Below, in pieces: positions 1 to 8,659 of a DNA stretch of 64,000 nt; within the stretch, counting starts at the first letter, position 1; every line of letters begins with the position of its first letter. The translations under genes and the position numbers were made by a program. Source of the stretch: an uncultured archaeon (lineage in GTDB: Archaea > Nanobdellota > Nanobdellia > Pacearchaeales > GW2011-AR1); contig CABMGN010000004.1 of the NCBI GenBank assembly GCA_902385635.1, positions 21-64,020 of the forward strand. The letters run 5' to 3'. Below the pieces are notes generated by a model. The model was not told the origin of the DNA. It worked only from the letters and a program-made list of their open reading frames with translations, and did no database searches.

Positions 1-89
1 GATGGGCGGAGACCTACTTTTAGCTGGTTATATATGAACAAGTTCAAATTTGAACTTCCTAGTTGATTTTGAACTTCTTTAGAAACCAT
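1..89 (-). CDS. possible 5' end of a gene running off the window (MVSKEVQNQLGSSNLNLF...)
   Basis: ATG at 87-89 (minus) preceded after 5 nt by a GGGAGGT Shine-Dalgarno-like motif (95-101, minus). The frame stays open to the window edge. No family recognised, and the same DNA carries operator-like palindromes, so it may be regulatory instead. Confidence 0.2.
   Translation of the reverse strand, partial: MVSKEVQNQLGSSNLNLFIYNQLKVGLRP
40..76. promoter_or_regulatory. operator-like palindrome pair
   Basis: Perfect 18-bp palindrome AAGTTCAAATTTGAACTT (40-57), followed by a degenerate copy AGTTGATTTTGAACTT (61-76). TTTGAACTT recurs at 49-57 and 68-76. Confidence 0.35.
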
Positions 90-808
90 GTCGAACCTCC
101 CTTAAGATGATCCTGCAGATTTTCGTTTGTCTGCCCCTCTTATCTTCAAAGTAAAGTATGCCTTGAACCAGCCAAAGAGTGCCTTCAAGAAAGGGAATGC
201 AGAAATCACAGGGAAGCATGCAAGAACCTCCTAAAAACGATAAAAGTTAGTTTTTGATTAGAATAAGAACAACGTCGGTAATGGCAGTTTATGGCATCTA
301 AGGTGTCCCAATAGCGATATAATTGGCTGTCGAATTTTGTTTGTTTCCATGAAAAACCCAAGAGAAAATCATATTTAAATTTAAGTGCAGAAAGGTTTAT
401 AACTCGTAAGTTTACAAGAGATAGATGAGACCTTACGCACCAAATCTTAGAATTTTTATAGATAGTAGAAGTAGGGGAAGACTTACTGTAAGCTATGCTG
501 GAAACATAAATAGAGTTTACTCTGGAGAGAGCAAAACTTCTTATCCGTTTAGGGGGGCGTATCTTTGTGGACAAAAAGAAGTAGTAGATTTGCTTTATCA
601 AATCGCTTCTGAACATCACGATGAATATTTTATAATTTCCCAAAAAAGCCTTTCTCAGATAAAGAATCAACAGATTAGAGTTATTTTTGGGGCTGAGGTT
701 ATGTTACATAATAGAAATGTCGGTGAAAATGTAAAACTTAGAAAGGTAGCTGAAGGTAGAAAGGCGCTAGAAAGAAGGGCAGAGACGGGTGTTGTCGGAT
801 TTTAATTC

Positions 809-1141
809 TTAAGTCCTATAAGATTTTAGTGCGTGTGCAATACTGTTAGCTGTTTTTTGGATAGCAGTGGTTATATCTTTAGGTTTAGTTAAATATCCGA
901 CAGGAGAGATAATGAGGTCATACTGATATTTATCTCCAATTGGGGGGCCAGCCTCAACAAATTTAACTTGCGCTTGAAAATTCGCTTGTTCTGTAAAATA
1001 ACGAGAGAAGAGAGTATTTAGTGATGAGGCTATTTCCCTAGAAGTAAGGAGTTTTAGAGAACTTCCTCTGCAAGTAACTCCGCCGAATCGTCTAAATTCT
1101 TTTTCAGCATCTCTTAAAGATTCTTCTATTGTCTTAGGCAT
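809..1141 (-). CDS. hypothetical protein (110 aa)
   Basis: Clean ATG-started ORF with balanced composition, tightly packed against dph2. No family recognised. Confidence 0.5.
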   Translation of the reverse strand: MPKTIEESLRDAEKEFRRFGGVTCRGSSLKLLTSREIASSLNTLFSRYFTEQANFQAQVKFVEAGPPIGDKYQYDLIISPVGYLTKPKDITTAIQKTANSIAHALKSYRT

Positions 1142-1175
1142 AAAACTTTAAAACTGGGACATTTTTAAAGATAGT

Positions 1176-1475
1176 ATGAAGCAGAAAACAATTGAGGGGA
1201 TTCAAGAAGAGTATGATCTTGAACTAGATAAAGTCGTTAAAGAAATAAAGAAAAAGAGAGCGAAGATTGTTCTTCTTCAATTTCCAGACGGATTGAAACC
1301 CTGGGCCACAACAATAGTTGACTATTTGGAACAAAAAACTAATAAAGTAGAGTTTATTATCTGGTTAGGAAGTTGTTATGGTGCATGTGATACTCCTGTC
1401 GGTCTTGACGATTTAAAACCAAAGATTGACTTGGTTGTTCAGTTTGGACATAACGAGATGATGCCTGGATACTAA
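1176..1475 (+). pseudogene. dph2: N-terminal fragment (99 aa) of diphthamide synthesis radical-SAM enzyme Dph2
   Basis: 'AKIVLLQFPDGLK...GSCYGACD...DLVVQFGH' matches the first domain of archaeal Dph2 (about 330-340 aa). A stop follows right after the GH(S) motif. Only the first of the three Fe-S Cys ligands is retained, and no continuation appears in any frame. Confidence 0.6.
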
Positions 1476-1476
1476 G

Positions 1477-1905
1477 ATGGAAAAAAAGGATATTCACAAT
1501 GTGTTGAGAGAAATAATTCCTTACTTTGACAAGGAAGACAAGTGGAGAGTTGAAGGTAGTGCAAACCTAAAAATTCAAGGTATTGAAACCTATGTAAAAG
1601 ACCTAGATCTTGTTGTTAGCCTTGAGACATTCAGAAAGCTAAAGAAGAAACTTGGAAACAAGATTCTTTCTGATAAATTTATCCCGGATAAAGGAAAGTT
1701 TGTTCTAATACTAAATATAAAAGGCTTTGAAGTAGAGATTATTCGCTACTATGATCAAAGTTTAGAGATGTTAGATAGAATTCTTGAAGAAGAGTGGTGG
1801 GGAATAAGAGTTAGAATTCTGCCCCTAAAATATGCTAGAGAAGTTTATCAGAAAGTTGGGATGATCGAAAAAGTTCAGTTAATTGATTCTTATACTAAAA
1901 AGTAA
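1477..1905 (+). CDS. minimal nucleotidyltransferase-fold protein (Pol-beta superfamily)
   Basis: 'EGSANLKIQGIETYVKDLDLVV' fits the G[SG]-x(9-13)-DxD NTase signature. 142 aa, starting 2 nt after the dph2 fragment stop. Confidence 0.5.
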   Translation: MEKKDIHNVLREIIPYFDKEDKWRVEGSANLKIQGIETYVKDLDLVVSLETFRKLKKKLGNKILSDKFIPDKGKFVLILNIKGFEVEIIRYYDQSLEMLDRILEEEWWGIRVRILPLKYAREVYQKVGMIEKVQLIDSYTKK

Positions 1906-1906
1906 A

Positions 1907-2470
1907 TTATCTAAAATTTAGATGCATTCTACTTTCTTGAATTTCTTCTGCACCAAAATATTTGCTGTTTAATCCTTCTGATCCATATGGCCTTTCACAC
2001 TCAGAACCCATCTTTTCAAATGCGATCTGGGCAATCTTCATCCCAGGATATAACTTAATTGGAAGTGGACTTGCATTGAATAGTTCTAGAGTAAGTTTAA
2101 GAGAATTTCCGGGATCAAGAAAACCTGCAGTAGTATGGATTATCAACCCAAGTCTTGCAAGGGAACTTTTTCCTTCAAGTCTTCCAACGTGATGAGAATC
2201 AACACCTGTTTTTTCTTTTACCAGTGCGAGAGCAAAACTCCCCGGATGAAGTACAAAACTTCCTTCTGTGGGAATATGCACCTTCTCCATCATTCCATCA
2301 ACTGGTTTCTTTGTGTCAATTATCTCGGATTCGTGTGGTTTGAAAACCCTGAATTCGTGATCAAGATGAAGATCATAGCTTGCAGACTGTAAGTTATCCT
2401 CACTAAAGGGGAGAATCTCTATATTTTTATTTTGAATGGCCTCTTTTATTTGTCTATCACTTAAAAGCAT
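1907..2470 (-). CDS. dcd: dCTP deaminase (dUTPase superfamily)
   Basis: 'MLLSDRQIKEAI...SASYDLHLD...GRLEGKSSLARLGL' is typical Dcd. The ORF-track start at 2485 is TTG, so I prefer the ATG at 2470. Confidence 0.9.
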   Translation of the reverse strand: MLLSDRQIKEAIQNKNIEILPFSEDNLQSASYDLHLDHEFRVFKPHESEIIDTKKPVDGMMEKVHIPTEGSFVLHPGSFALALVKEKTGVDSHHVGRLEGKSSLARLGLIIHTTAGFLDPGNSLKLTLELFNASPLPIKLYPGMKIAQIAFEKMGSECERPYGSEGLNSKYFGAEEIQESRMHLNFR

Positions 2471-2518
2471 TCCAGATAAGCCCAAAGGGTTTTTATAAAA
2501 CTTTATTACTACTCAAAA

Positions 2519-3229
2519 TTATAACCAGCCGAGTAATAAAGAGAAACCAACAAGTAAGAAAATAATTCCTGCAATTAAATGCATTTTTCTTATGTTTCTA
2601 GCTCGCCAATCTGAAACCTGCTGTGCAGAACCTAAGCCCTTGTATACAATAAAGGTAATTATCAACAGAGGTAATACAATTATTAAATTAAAGTAAAGCA
2701 ACCAAGGAAGAGCACCAAGCAATCCGAGATTAGCTAATGATTCTGTTGCGACAAGTAGAGGAGCCATCGTACACGGAGTTAAAAATAAAGAGATTATAAT
2801 ACCAATTACAAATGCCCCGGCTGGGGAAGTAATTTTTTCAATTATTCTTTTTGCTTTTGAACGCATCCAGATAGGCATCTCTGTTCCGAGACTTCCCGGT
2901 TTGTACATAAAGAAATCTTTAATTTGTAATGCACCAATTACCATTGAGAAAATTGCAATGAAATATTTTAGATAGACTGAACCTGTTAAAAGAAAACTAG
3001 TGAATGTTTGGAAGAGTTGAACCAAAACAAGACCGTAAAACAGATAACCTAGAAAGATTGCAGAAATAAAGGCAAGACCTGCATACAAAATTCTTTTTTT
3101 TGCCTTGACTTCTTCTTGACCACCCATTATAGCAACCAATACAAGAATAAGCATTGCTATTTGACACGGATTAACAGAATTAATAAAAGCAAGTATAGTT
3201 ATTCTTCCAAGAGTTATGGGGTCGGCCAT
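2519..3229 (-). CDS. ccdA: CcdA/DsbD-family transmembrane thiol-disulfide electron transporter
   Basis: Multi-pass membrane protein with two membrane-embedded Cys motifs ('NSVNPCQIA' and 'LTPCTMAPL'), as in CcdA/DsbD. Confidence 0.7.
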   Translation of the reverse strand: MADPITLGRITILAFINSVNPCQIAMLILVLVAIMGGQEEVKAKKRILYAGLAFISAIFLGYLFYGLVLVQLFQTFTSFLLTGSVYLKYFIAIFSMVIGALQIKDFFMYKPGSLGTEMPIWMRSKAKRIIEKITSPAGAFVIGIIISLFLTPCTMAPLLVATESLANLGLLGALPWLLYFNLIIVLPLLIITFIVYKGLGSAQQVSDWRARNIRKMHLIAGIIFLLVGFSLLLGWL

Positions 3230-3230
3230 T

Positions 3231-3575
3231 TTAGCACCCAGTAACCCTTTGAAGAGTCTCTATTTGTTGAAGCCCAACATACTGTTTCCCTTCGATAATC
3301 CAGGTTGGTGTTGCCTGAATACTTTTATTCAAACAAAGATCTAAATTATAAAAGCAGTCTATAGTCTTAAGATACTGGTAAGAATCCCCAAACATTTTTT
3401 TCTGGTCTTCACAGTGAGTACACCCAAGTTTAACATATAATTCTGATTTATCACCAATGCATTTTGCAATATCTGCTGGAACTCCGGGATTTAAGCTTCT
3501 AAAGTAGATAACCGAAAGAGCTACAATCACAACGAGAATAATCACTCCAAGAGTAATCATTGAATGTCTTTTCAT
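3231..3575 (-). CDS. membrane-anchored thioredoxin-like CxxC protein
   Basis: N-terminal TM helix, then 'CTHCEDQKKMFG...TPTWIIEGKQYVG...GC', like the Trx-like domain fused to bacterial VKOR. Start moved to the ATG at 3575, because the longer ORF overlaps the upstream gene. Only 2 nt from ccdA. Confidence 0.7.
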   Translation of the reverse strand: MKRHSMITLGVIILVVIVALSVIYFRSLNPGVPADIAKCIGDKSELYVKLGCTHCEDQKKMFGDSYQYLKTIDCFYNLDLCLNKSIQATPTWIIEGKQYVGLQQIETLQRVTGC

Positions 3576-3633
3576 AATAAGACTAGTGTTTAAGAAAGTT
3601 TTTAAGGTTTGTGAATTTAAATTTTCCCGGCGA

Positions 3634-3954
3634 TTAGTAATCAGGAAGTTCTTCTTGAGTCTTATAAGGTTTCTTTGCTGGACTCTTTGAAACACTCTTT
3701 TTTGGAGATTCTTCTGAGTCAAGAGACTCTACTGGCTCTGTTAACATTTCAGATTCATCTATAGAATTGATTATGTCTTTGAATTTTTTGAAATCTCCAC
3801 CAAGGATTCTTACTCCAGATTTTGTAAAACCAGTGTATCTCTCACTAGAAACAAACTCTCTTATTGTAAGCCCTTTTCTTCCGCCAAAATCATCTATTCT
3901 TATTACAATATCAGTAGTATCATTTTTATTGATTTTACCTAAGTCTTTTTCCAT
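3634..3954 (-). CDS. PC4/Sub1-like ssDNA-binding protein with acidic/basic tail
   Basis: 'IVIRIDDFGGRKGLTIREFV...FTKSGVRILGGDFKKFKDIINSID' resembles the PC4 core (DIREY...GRKGISL...QW..L...I..ID). Confidence 0.5.
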   Translation of the reverse strand: MEKDLGKINKNDTTDIVIRIDDFGGRKGLTIREFVSSERYTGFTKSGVRILGGDFKKFKDIINSIDESEMLTEPVESLDSEESPKKSVSKSPAKKPYKTQEELPDY

Positions 3955-3986
3955 AAGAGATGGAGATAAAAACGGTTTATAAAGGT

Positions 3987-4646
3987 TTAGAGTATTTTTT
4001 GAAACTCATTAACTGAGTTAAGAATTGCTAGATGCCTATATCTTTTCAGAGGTTTTCCTTTTTCAAAACCAGTTTTAACTCCGACAAACTCAACTCCCGC
4101 AGATTTTGCTGCTTGGGCGTCATAAATACTATCTCCTACAGCTAGAACTTCTTGTTTTTTTACTTTCATTTTTTTGATTACATAAAGCATCTGCTCGGGA
4201 GAGGGTTTTCCGTGTTTAACATCATCAACTGTGGAAGCTAAAGTAAACATTTTTCTGAATTGTTTAGTAGTTGATCTTACATAAGAACTATAACTAGATC
4301 CTGTTGCTAAAACAAATTTTATTTTTTTATTTTTAAAATACTGAAGAGTTCTCAAAACCCCCGGAATAGACAAATCTTTTTTTCCCAGGATCTTATCATA
4401 GATTTTTCTTCTTTCTATTCTCAGTTTAGAAAAGTCTCCTTTTAATCCGTATTCTTTTTTAAGATGAGTGAATATTTGTTCAGAGTTTTTTCCCATTAAA
4501 GAATGAACATACTTATATGGGACTTTTACTCCGTGTAATTCTGCAACTTTCAGAAAAGCTAGAGTATGATATGGAAGAGAATTTATTAGTGTCCCATCCA
4601 GGTCAAAGATAATAAGCTTTTTTTTAGATAGATCTCCTCTTTTCAT
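3987..4646 (-). CDS. HAD-superfamily phosphatase (beta-phosphoglucomutase/PGPase-like)
   Basis: Motif I 'IIFDLDGTLINS', motif III/IV 'KP...AVGDSIYDAQAAKSAG'. Confidence 0.85.
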   Translation of the reverse strand: MKRGDLSKKKLIIFDLDGTLINSLPYHTLAFLKVAELHGVKVPYKYVHSLMGKNSEQIFTHLKKEYGLKGDFSKLRIERRKIYDKILGKKDLSIPGVLRTLQYFKNKKIKFVLATGSSYSSYVRSTTKQFRKMFTLASTVDDVKHGKPSPEQMLYVIKKMKVKKQEVLAVGDSIYDAQAAKSAGVEFVGVKTGFEKGKPLKRYRHLAILNSVNEFQKIL

Positions 4647-4674
4647 TGAGAAGAAAACAAAAGAATGTTTATAA

Positions 4675-6408
4675 TTATTTCTTATTGTTTTTTAGATGGC
4701 TATTTAGGAAAATAAAGTAATCTGTTTTCTCTGAATTTGCTAGTTTTTCAACTATTAACTCGGGAGTTGAGTGTGCGAGTCTTCCTAAAACGGGGTTGTG
4801 ATCTACAATAAGATTAAATCCTTCGTCAAGACCCTTTGCTTCTATACCGTCGATTCTTGTGAGAATAGGAAGATTTTTTTGGATTTCATATCCTAAATGT
4901 GTTGCGACAATCAAAAAGCAATTTTGTTTTAAGAAAAATTCTGCTGTAGCAGCAATTATCTCTCCTGCAACTCCCGGCTCAGTTACTGACTCTATTTCAT
5001 CTGCAAGAATAAGTGTTTTTGCTCCAGGTTTTATTTTTGACATCTGAGTAAGAAGAGTTTCAAATGCCCCTTTACTCTCAGATCCTTTATTTTTCGCGAA
5101 GTAATATACATCTGTGAAGAGAGGTATCTTTGCTTCACCAGAAATAGGAAAACCCAATTGAGCAAGGGAAACTAATTGTAAGACATGTTCGAGAAGTGTT
5201 GTTTTTCCTCCAGAATTTGCCCCAGTTAAAATAGAACATCTGTAAACATCGTTAAGTTCGAAGGAGATATCTCGAGGATGGTCAAGAAAAATATTTTTTG
5301 AGTTTTTGATTAAAAGTTCTTCAGAAAGTAAAGGAAAATTAGTTTTATCCTTTACAAACTTAGAAGTGCCAGACAGGAAATCAAATAAGATTAGAAAATC
5401 TGAAAGTTCTTGGAGCTTTCTAGGAATTTCTTTTATTCTAAAAGAATTATTTTTTATTTTTTGAGCAGAATCAAAGTATTCTGAACTATTTTTTCTCTGA
5501 AGGAATTTTTCCAGTTCAGGTTCATCAATAGAAACAGGTATCCCGAGATTCAAAACTTCTAAAGGAATGTTTGACTTTCTAACTTCCTCCTGAACTATGG
5601 ATTTTATAGGTGGAGGAAGGATTTGTTTACTAATCATTGCGATTAGAGAATCTCCAGAGACCATCATATCCTTTAATCTATCTGAAACTCGCTCATTGAT
5701 CTTGTCTACCGCAAGTTCTACGCTGTCTCGGGTTATTTCTTCTGACTCGCTTTCAGAGGTAAGATCTAGAAGAGAGCTTAATTCTTGCACCAATTCGTTT
5801 AGTTCTTCAGATATTGGTCCTTTTCTTAAAATTTCTAGATTAGCTTTCCAGGAAGATAATTTTTCAAGATGTCTCTCCAGATAAACTTCTTCTACTGATT
5901 TTAAAAAAACTGCTTGAGGAAGAGATTCAAGAGCGCGAGAGAACTCATCACAGTTAATAATCTGGATTAAATCATACGACTCCAAGAGAGAAATGTCTGA
6001 TTCAGAGATAAGCAATCTAACGGGACAACCTGCTTCTTTTAATCTCATGAAAGTTTGTGAATTTTCAGTCACAACCAGGACGTCATATTTCGGCTTCCAG
6101 GTTTGTTTAAGGGGAAGTAAGAAGTTCAAGAAAGAATTATCGAAGTTTATTGATTTTTTTAGTTCATTAAAGAAAACCTGCCTTTGCTTTATTTCTTCTA
6201 AGCTTTCTGTAAAGGAAAAAAAGTTTAGGAGATTTCCGGTGTCAGGAAAAACAAAATTGTTGGAGATCTTAATTAAAACTCTATTATGAACAGACTTTCC
6301 ATCACGGGTTTTGAAGATAGATTCCGAACCATTCTTTACAGGAGTTCTTTGTTTATTGAATGGGGAAAGATTATTCTCAGAGATAAAATTAAGTAATTCC
6401 TCTTTCAT
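4675..6408 (-). CDS. MutS-family (MutS2-like, domain V) ATPase
   Basis: Walker A 'LTGANSGGKTTLLE', Walker B 'LILADEIES...T', and the C-terminal ATPase layout of MutS domain V. No mismatch-binding or Smr domain recognised. Confidence 0.7.
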   Translation of the reverse strand: MKEELLNFISENNLSPFNKQRTPVKNGSESIFKTRDGKSVHNRVLIKISNNFVFPDTGNLLNFFSFTESLEEIKQRQVFFNELKKSINFDNSFLNFLLPLKQTWKPKYDVLVVTENSQTFMRLKEAGCPVRLLISESDISLLESYDLIQIINCDEFSRALESLPQAVFLKSVEEVYLERHLEKLSSWKANLEILRKGPISEELNELVQELSSLLDLTSESESEEITRDSVELAVDKINERVSDRLKDMMVSGDSLIAMISKQILPPPIKSIVQEEVRKSNIPLEVLNLGIPVSIDEPELEKFLQRKNSSEYFDSAQKIKNNSFRIKEIPRKLQELSDFLILFDFLSGTSKFVKDKTNFPLLSEELLIKNSKNIFLDHPRDISFELNDVYRCSILTGANSGGKTTLLEHVLQLVSLAQLGFPISGEAKIPLFTDVYYFAKNKGSESKGAFETLLTQMSKIKPGAKTLILADEIESVTEPGVAGEIIAATAEFFLKQNCFLIVATHLGYEIQKNLPILTRIDGIEAKGLDEGFNLIVDHNPVLGRLAHSTPELIVEKLANSEKTDYFIFLNSHLKNNKK

Positions 6409-6448
6409 AAAATAAATAATCTGAGAAGTTTTTTAAGGATTTATGTGA

Positions 6449-6757
6449 TTAATCCTTGATTTCAACCTTAATGTTAACGTTTTTTGGTATTTGTAAACGC
6501 ATGATATTGTGAAGAACTTTTTCGTTTGCTGGAAGATCGATAAGTCTTTTGTGGATTCTCATTTCAAATCTGTCAAAAGTAGCTGTACCATTTCCACAGG
6601 GAGATTTTCTAGTAGTTATTTTTAACTTCTTTGTAGGCAAAGGAACTGGGCCAGAAATAACAATTCCGGATTTTGATGCAATATCTTTGATGGTATTACA
6701 AATAGAACTAAGCATTTCGATGTCTGTGCTGTTTAGTTTTACTCTTACTTTAGGCAT
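6449..6757 (-). CDS. rps10: 30S ribosomal protein uS10
   Basis: 'RVKLNSTD...ISGPVPLPTKKLKITTRKSPCGNGTATFDRFEMRIHKRLIDL' is canonical S10. Confidence 0.95.
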   Translation of the reverse strand: MPKVRVKLNSTDIEMLSSICNTIKDIASKSGIVISGPVPLPTKKLKITTRKSPCGNGTATFDRFEMRIHKRLIDLPANEKVLHNIMRLQIPKNVNIKVEIKD

Positions 6758-6834
6758 TTTATTTTCCTCAGGACATATTTGCCTTATGTCCTAATATGAA
6801 CTATAAAAAAAGTTGGTTTAAAAAGGTTGCTAAG

Positions 6835-7563
6835 TCACTCTTTTTGAAAGGATTCTAGGTATTCTGACTCAACAAAGTGAAGTTTTCCGGGAAGGATAAA
6901 ACAGAAGGGTGCTTTAACTCCTTTGAATCCTTCTAATTCAGAAAGAGGCCGGTACAAGATTTTTTGATTCTTTGTTCCTATTTGCTGACCAACAATGATT
7001 TTGCTTAGACTGACTTCCTGGTTTTTAGCAGAAATCTTCAATTCGTTAAGGGCGTCTGGAAACTGGAGACCGATATCTACGAGGATTAAGCTATGTGCTC
7101 CGATTGAGGAATTCTCTTTGACTATTTTCATAAAACTATCTGGTGTAAACTTCTTCTTTTCATCCCATTTTGGCATACTAGCTATTTTTCCAAATTTATA
7201 GATTTGTAAACCAGTCACGCCAACAGCGTCTAGAACAGTAGCGTTATGTACTACTTTGCACTTTACTCCAGAAAGATTGGACTCTTGCACCATAGTTATA
7301 TGAGTTGTTGCCATAAGAGGATTACCGTAGATTAAAAGAGCGACATCAAGTTTTCTTGCTTCATCAATTATTTTAAGAGATTCTACAAACTCTCTGTCTG
7401 CAGGAAATAATTTTTTACCTATAACTTCTTCTAAATGTTGGGTTGAATACGGGAGCTCTACTGTGTAGTTTTCCAAATAAATCTTCTTACATTTCTTTAC
7501 AAGATTAAGCCCTTCCTCAGATATAGAGTCTGCATTCAAACCAAGGCCAATTAGGAATAACAT
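6835..7563 (-). CDS. dph5: diphthine synthase
   Basis: 'MLFLIGLGL...ISEEGL...IYLENYT' and full tetrapyrrole-methylase-fold length (242 aa), typical of archaeal Dph5. Confidence 0.9.
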   Translation of the reverse strand: MLFLIGLGLNADSISEEGLNLVKKCKKIYLENYTVELPYSTQHLEEVIGKKLFPADREFVESLKIIDEARKLDVALLIYGNPLMATTHITMVQESNLSGVKCKVVHNATVLDAVGVTGLQIYKFGKIASMPKWDEKKKFTPDSFMKIVKENSSIGAHSLILVDIGLQFPDALNELKISAKNQEVSLSKIIVGQQIGTKNQKILYRPLSELEGFKGVKAPFCFILPGKLHFVESEYLESFQKE

Positions 7564-7600
7564 AAAAAAAGAAGAAAAAAAGAATTATTAAAGGTTTAGT

Positions 7601-7837
7601 TTAATGCTTCTTTTTGCCGATGCTCTGACTTGTTACTGCTATCAGGAAAAGGCTAGAAAAGAAGAGAGGATCATTTTGGGTAAAAAGCCCAAAAATAGCT
7701 GTTATAGCTGCTAAAAAAACTAGTAGTTTAAACCACTTTTCGCCGCCCTTTAATTCCTCTTTTGTAAGCTTTGAAAGTATAATTCCTATTGGAAAACCTA
7801 AAAGTACAACAATAATTGCAACTAAGAGTTGTATCAT
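7601..7837 (-). CDS. small 2-3 TM membrane protein
   Basis: 78-aa hydrophobic ORF filling the gap between dph5 and dtdA. No family recognised. Confidence 0.4.
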   Translation of the reverse strand: MIQLLVAIIVVLLGFPIGIILSKLTKEELKGGEKWFKLLVFLAAITAIFGLFTQNDPLFFSSLFLIAVTSQSIGKKKH

Positions 7838-7870
7838 AATTTATTTAAAACTCCTAATTATTTTAAACCT

Positions 7871-8659
7871 ATGTACTCAAAGTATTTAGTTGTTGCAAGT
7901 AGGAAAGACAAAGCAGGATATAATATAGTCTTACAACTTACTCAGTTTGGGAAGTATGAAGTTTATATTGTAGATGAAGAGATAATCTATACTGAAAGTT
8001 TGAAAAAAGAAATCATTGAGCAGTTTGATTTTATCATATTCGCTTCGAAACACGAATCAGAGAAGCAAGTTAAAACACTCTCCTTGCATGCACCGGGAAA
8101 TTGGAAGACAGCAGATTACGGTGGAGTCAAGGGCAAGGTTTGTAAGAGTTCAGCAGTGTTTCAAAAGCAGATGTTTGAGAAGTTAAAAGAGAATGCTGAA
8201 GAGCATAATCTGAAAGGATACGAGATAACACTTGAGTGCACTCATCACGGGCCGTTAATAGACAAGCCATGCGTCTTTATTGAAATTGGTGCTACGGAAA
8301 GAGAGTGGAGAGACCCTAAAGCATCTTTTGTTGTAGCAAAAACAATTCACCAGATGATTAGTGAGTTTAAAGAAAACAAGTATAATGAAATTGGAATCGG
8401 AATTGGTGGACCACACTACTGTCCAAATTTTAATAAAATCCAGATGGAGAGTAATGTTGCTATCTCGCATATTATTCCAGAATATGCTTTGCCTTTAACA
8501 GAAGAACTTTTGAAAGAAGCCATTGCAAAAACAGAAGAAGAAGTCGATTTCGCGATTATTGATTGGAAAGGTGTTGGAAGAGCTGAGGAAAGAGATAAAA
8601 TGTTAAAAATTTTAGAGCAAAATTATATTCAATATAAAAGAACAAGCGAGATAAAGTAA
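7871..8659 (+). CDS. dtdA: archaeal-type D-aminoacyl-tRNA deacylase (DTD2)
   Basis: 'YLVVASRKDKAGYNI...SLHAPGNW..ADYGG...ECTHHGP' matches the DTD2/GEK1 family. Start moved to the ATG at 7871. Confidence 0.75.
   Translation: MYSKYLVVASRKDKAGYNIVLQLTQFGKYEVYIVDEEIIYTESLKKEIIEQFDFIIFASKHESEKQVKTLSLHAPGNWKTADYGGVKGKVCKSSAVFQKQMFEKLKENAEEHNLKGYEITLECTHHGPLIDKPCVFIEIGATEREWRDPKASFVVAKTIHQMISEFKENKYNEIGIGIGGPHYCPNFNKIQMESNVAISHIIPEYALPLTEELLKEAIAKTEEEVDFAIIDWKGVGRAEERDKMLKILEQNYIQYKRTSEIK

Noticed and set aside
206-805. Two overlapping ORFs (206-670 minus, 154 aa; 425-805 plus, 126 aa), the latter with faint LAGLIDADG-like words
   Set aside because: Both have atypical composition (Ser/Tyr/Arg/Cys-rich, unlike the K/E/I-rich proteome here). 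They overlap each other and neither has a convincing motif set. The flanks are not rRNA-like, so an intron-encoded homing endonuclease is unsupported.
1477-1905. Minimal nucleotidyltransferase as the MNT half of a HEPN/MNT toxin-antitoxin pair
   Set aside because: No HEPN-like partner ORF on either side. The flanks are the dph2 fragment and dcd.
3576-3722. 49-codon N-terminal extension of the thioredoxin-like ORF
   Set aside because: It overlaps the 3' end of the PC4-like gene and is basic low-complexity. The internal ATG at 3575 gives a standard TM-anchored Trx-like protein.
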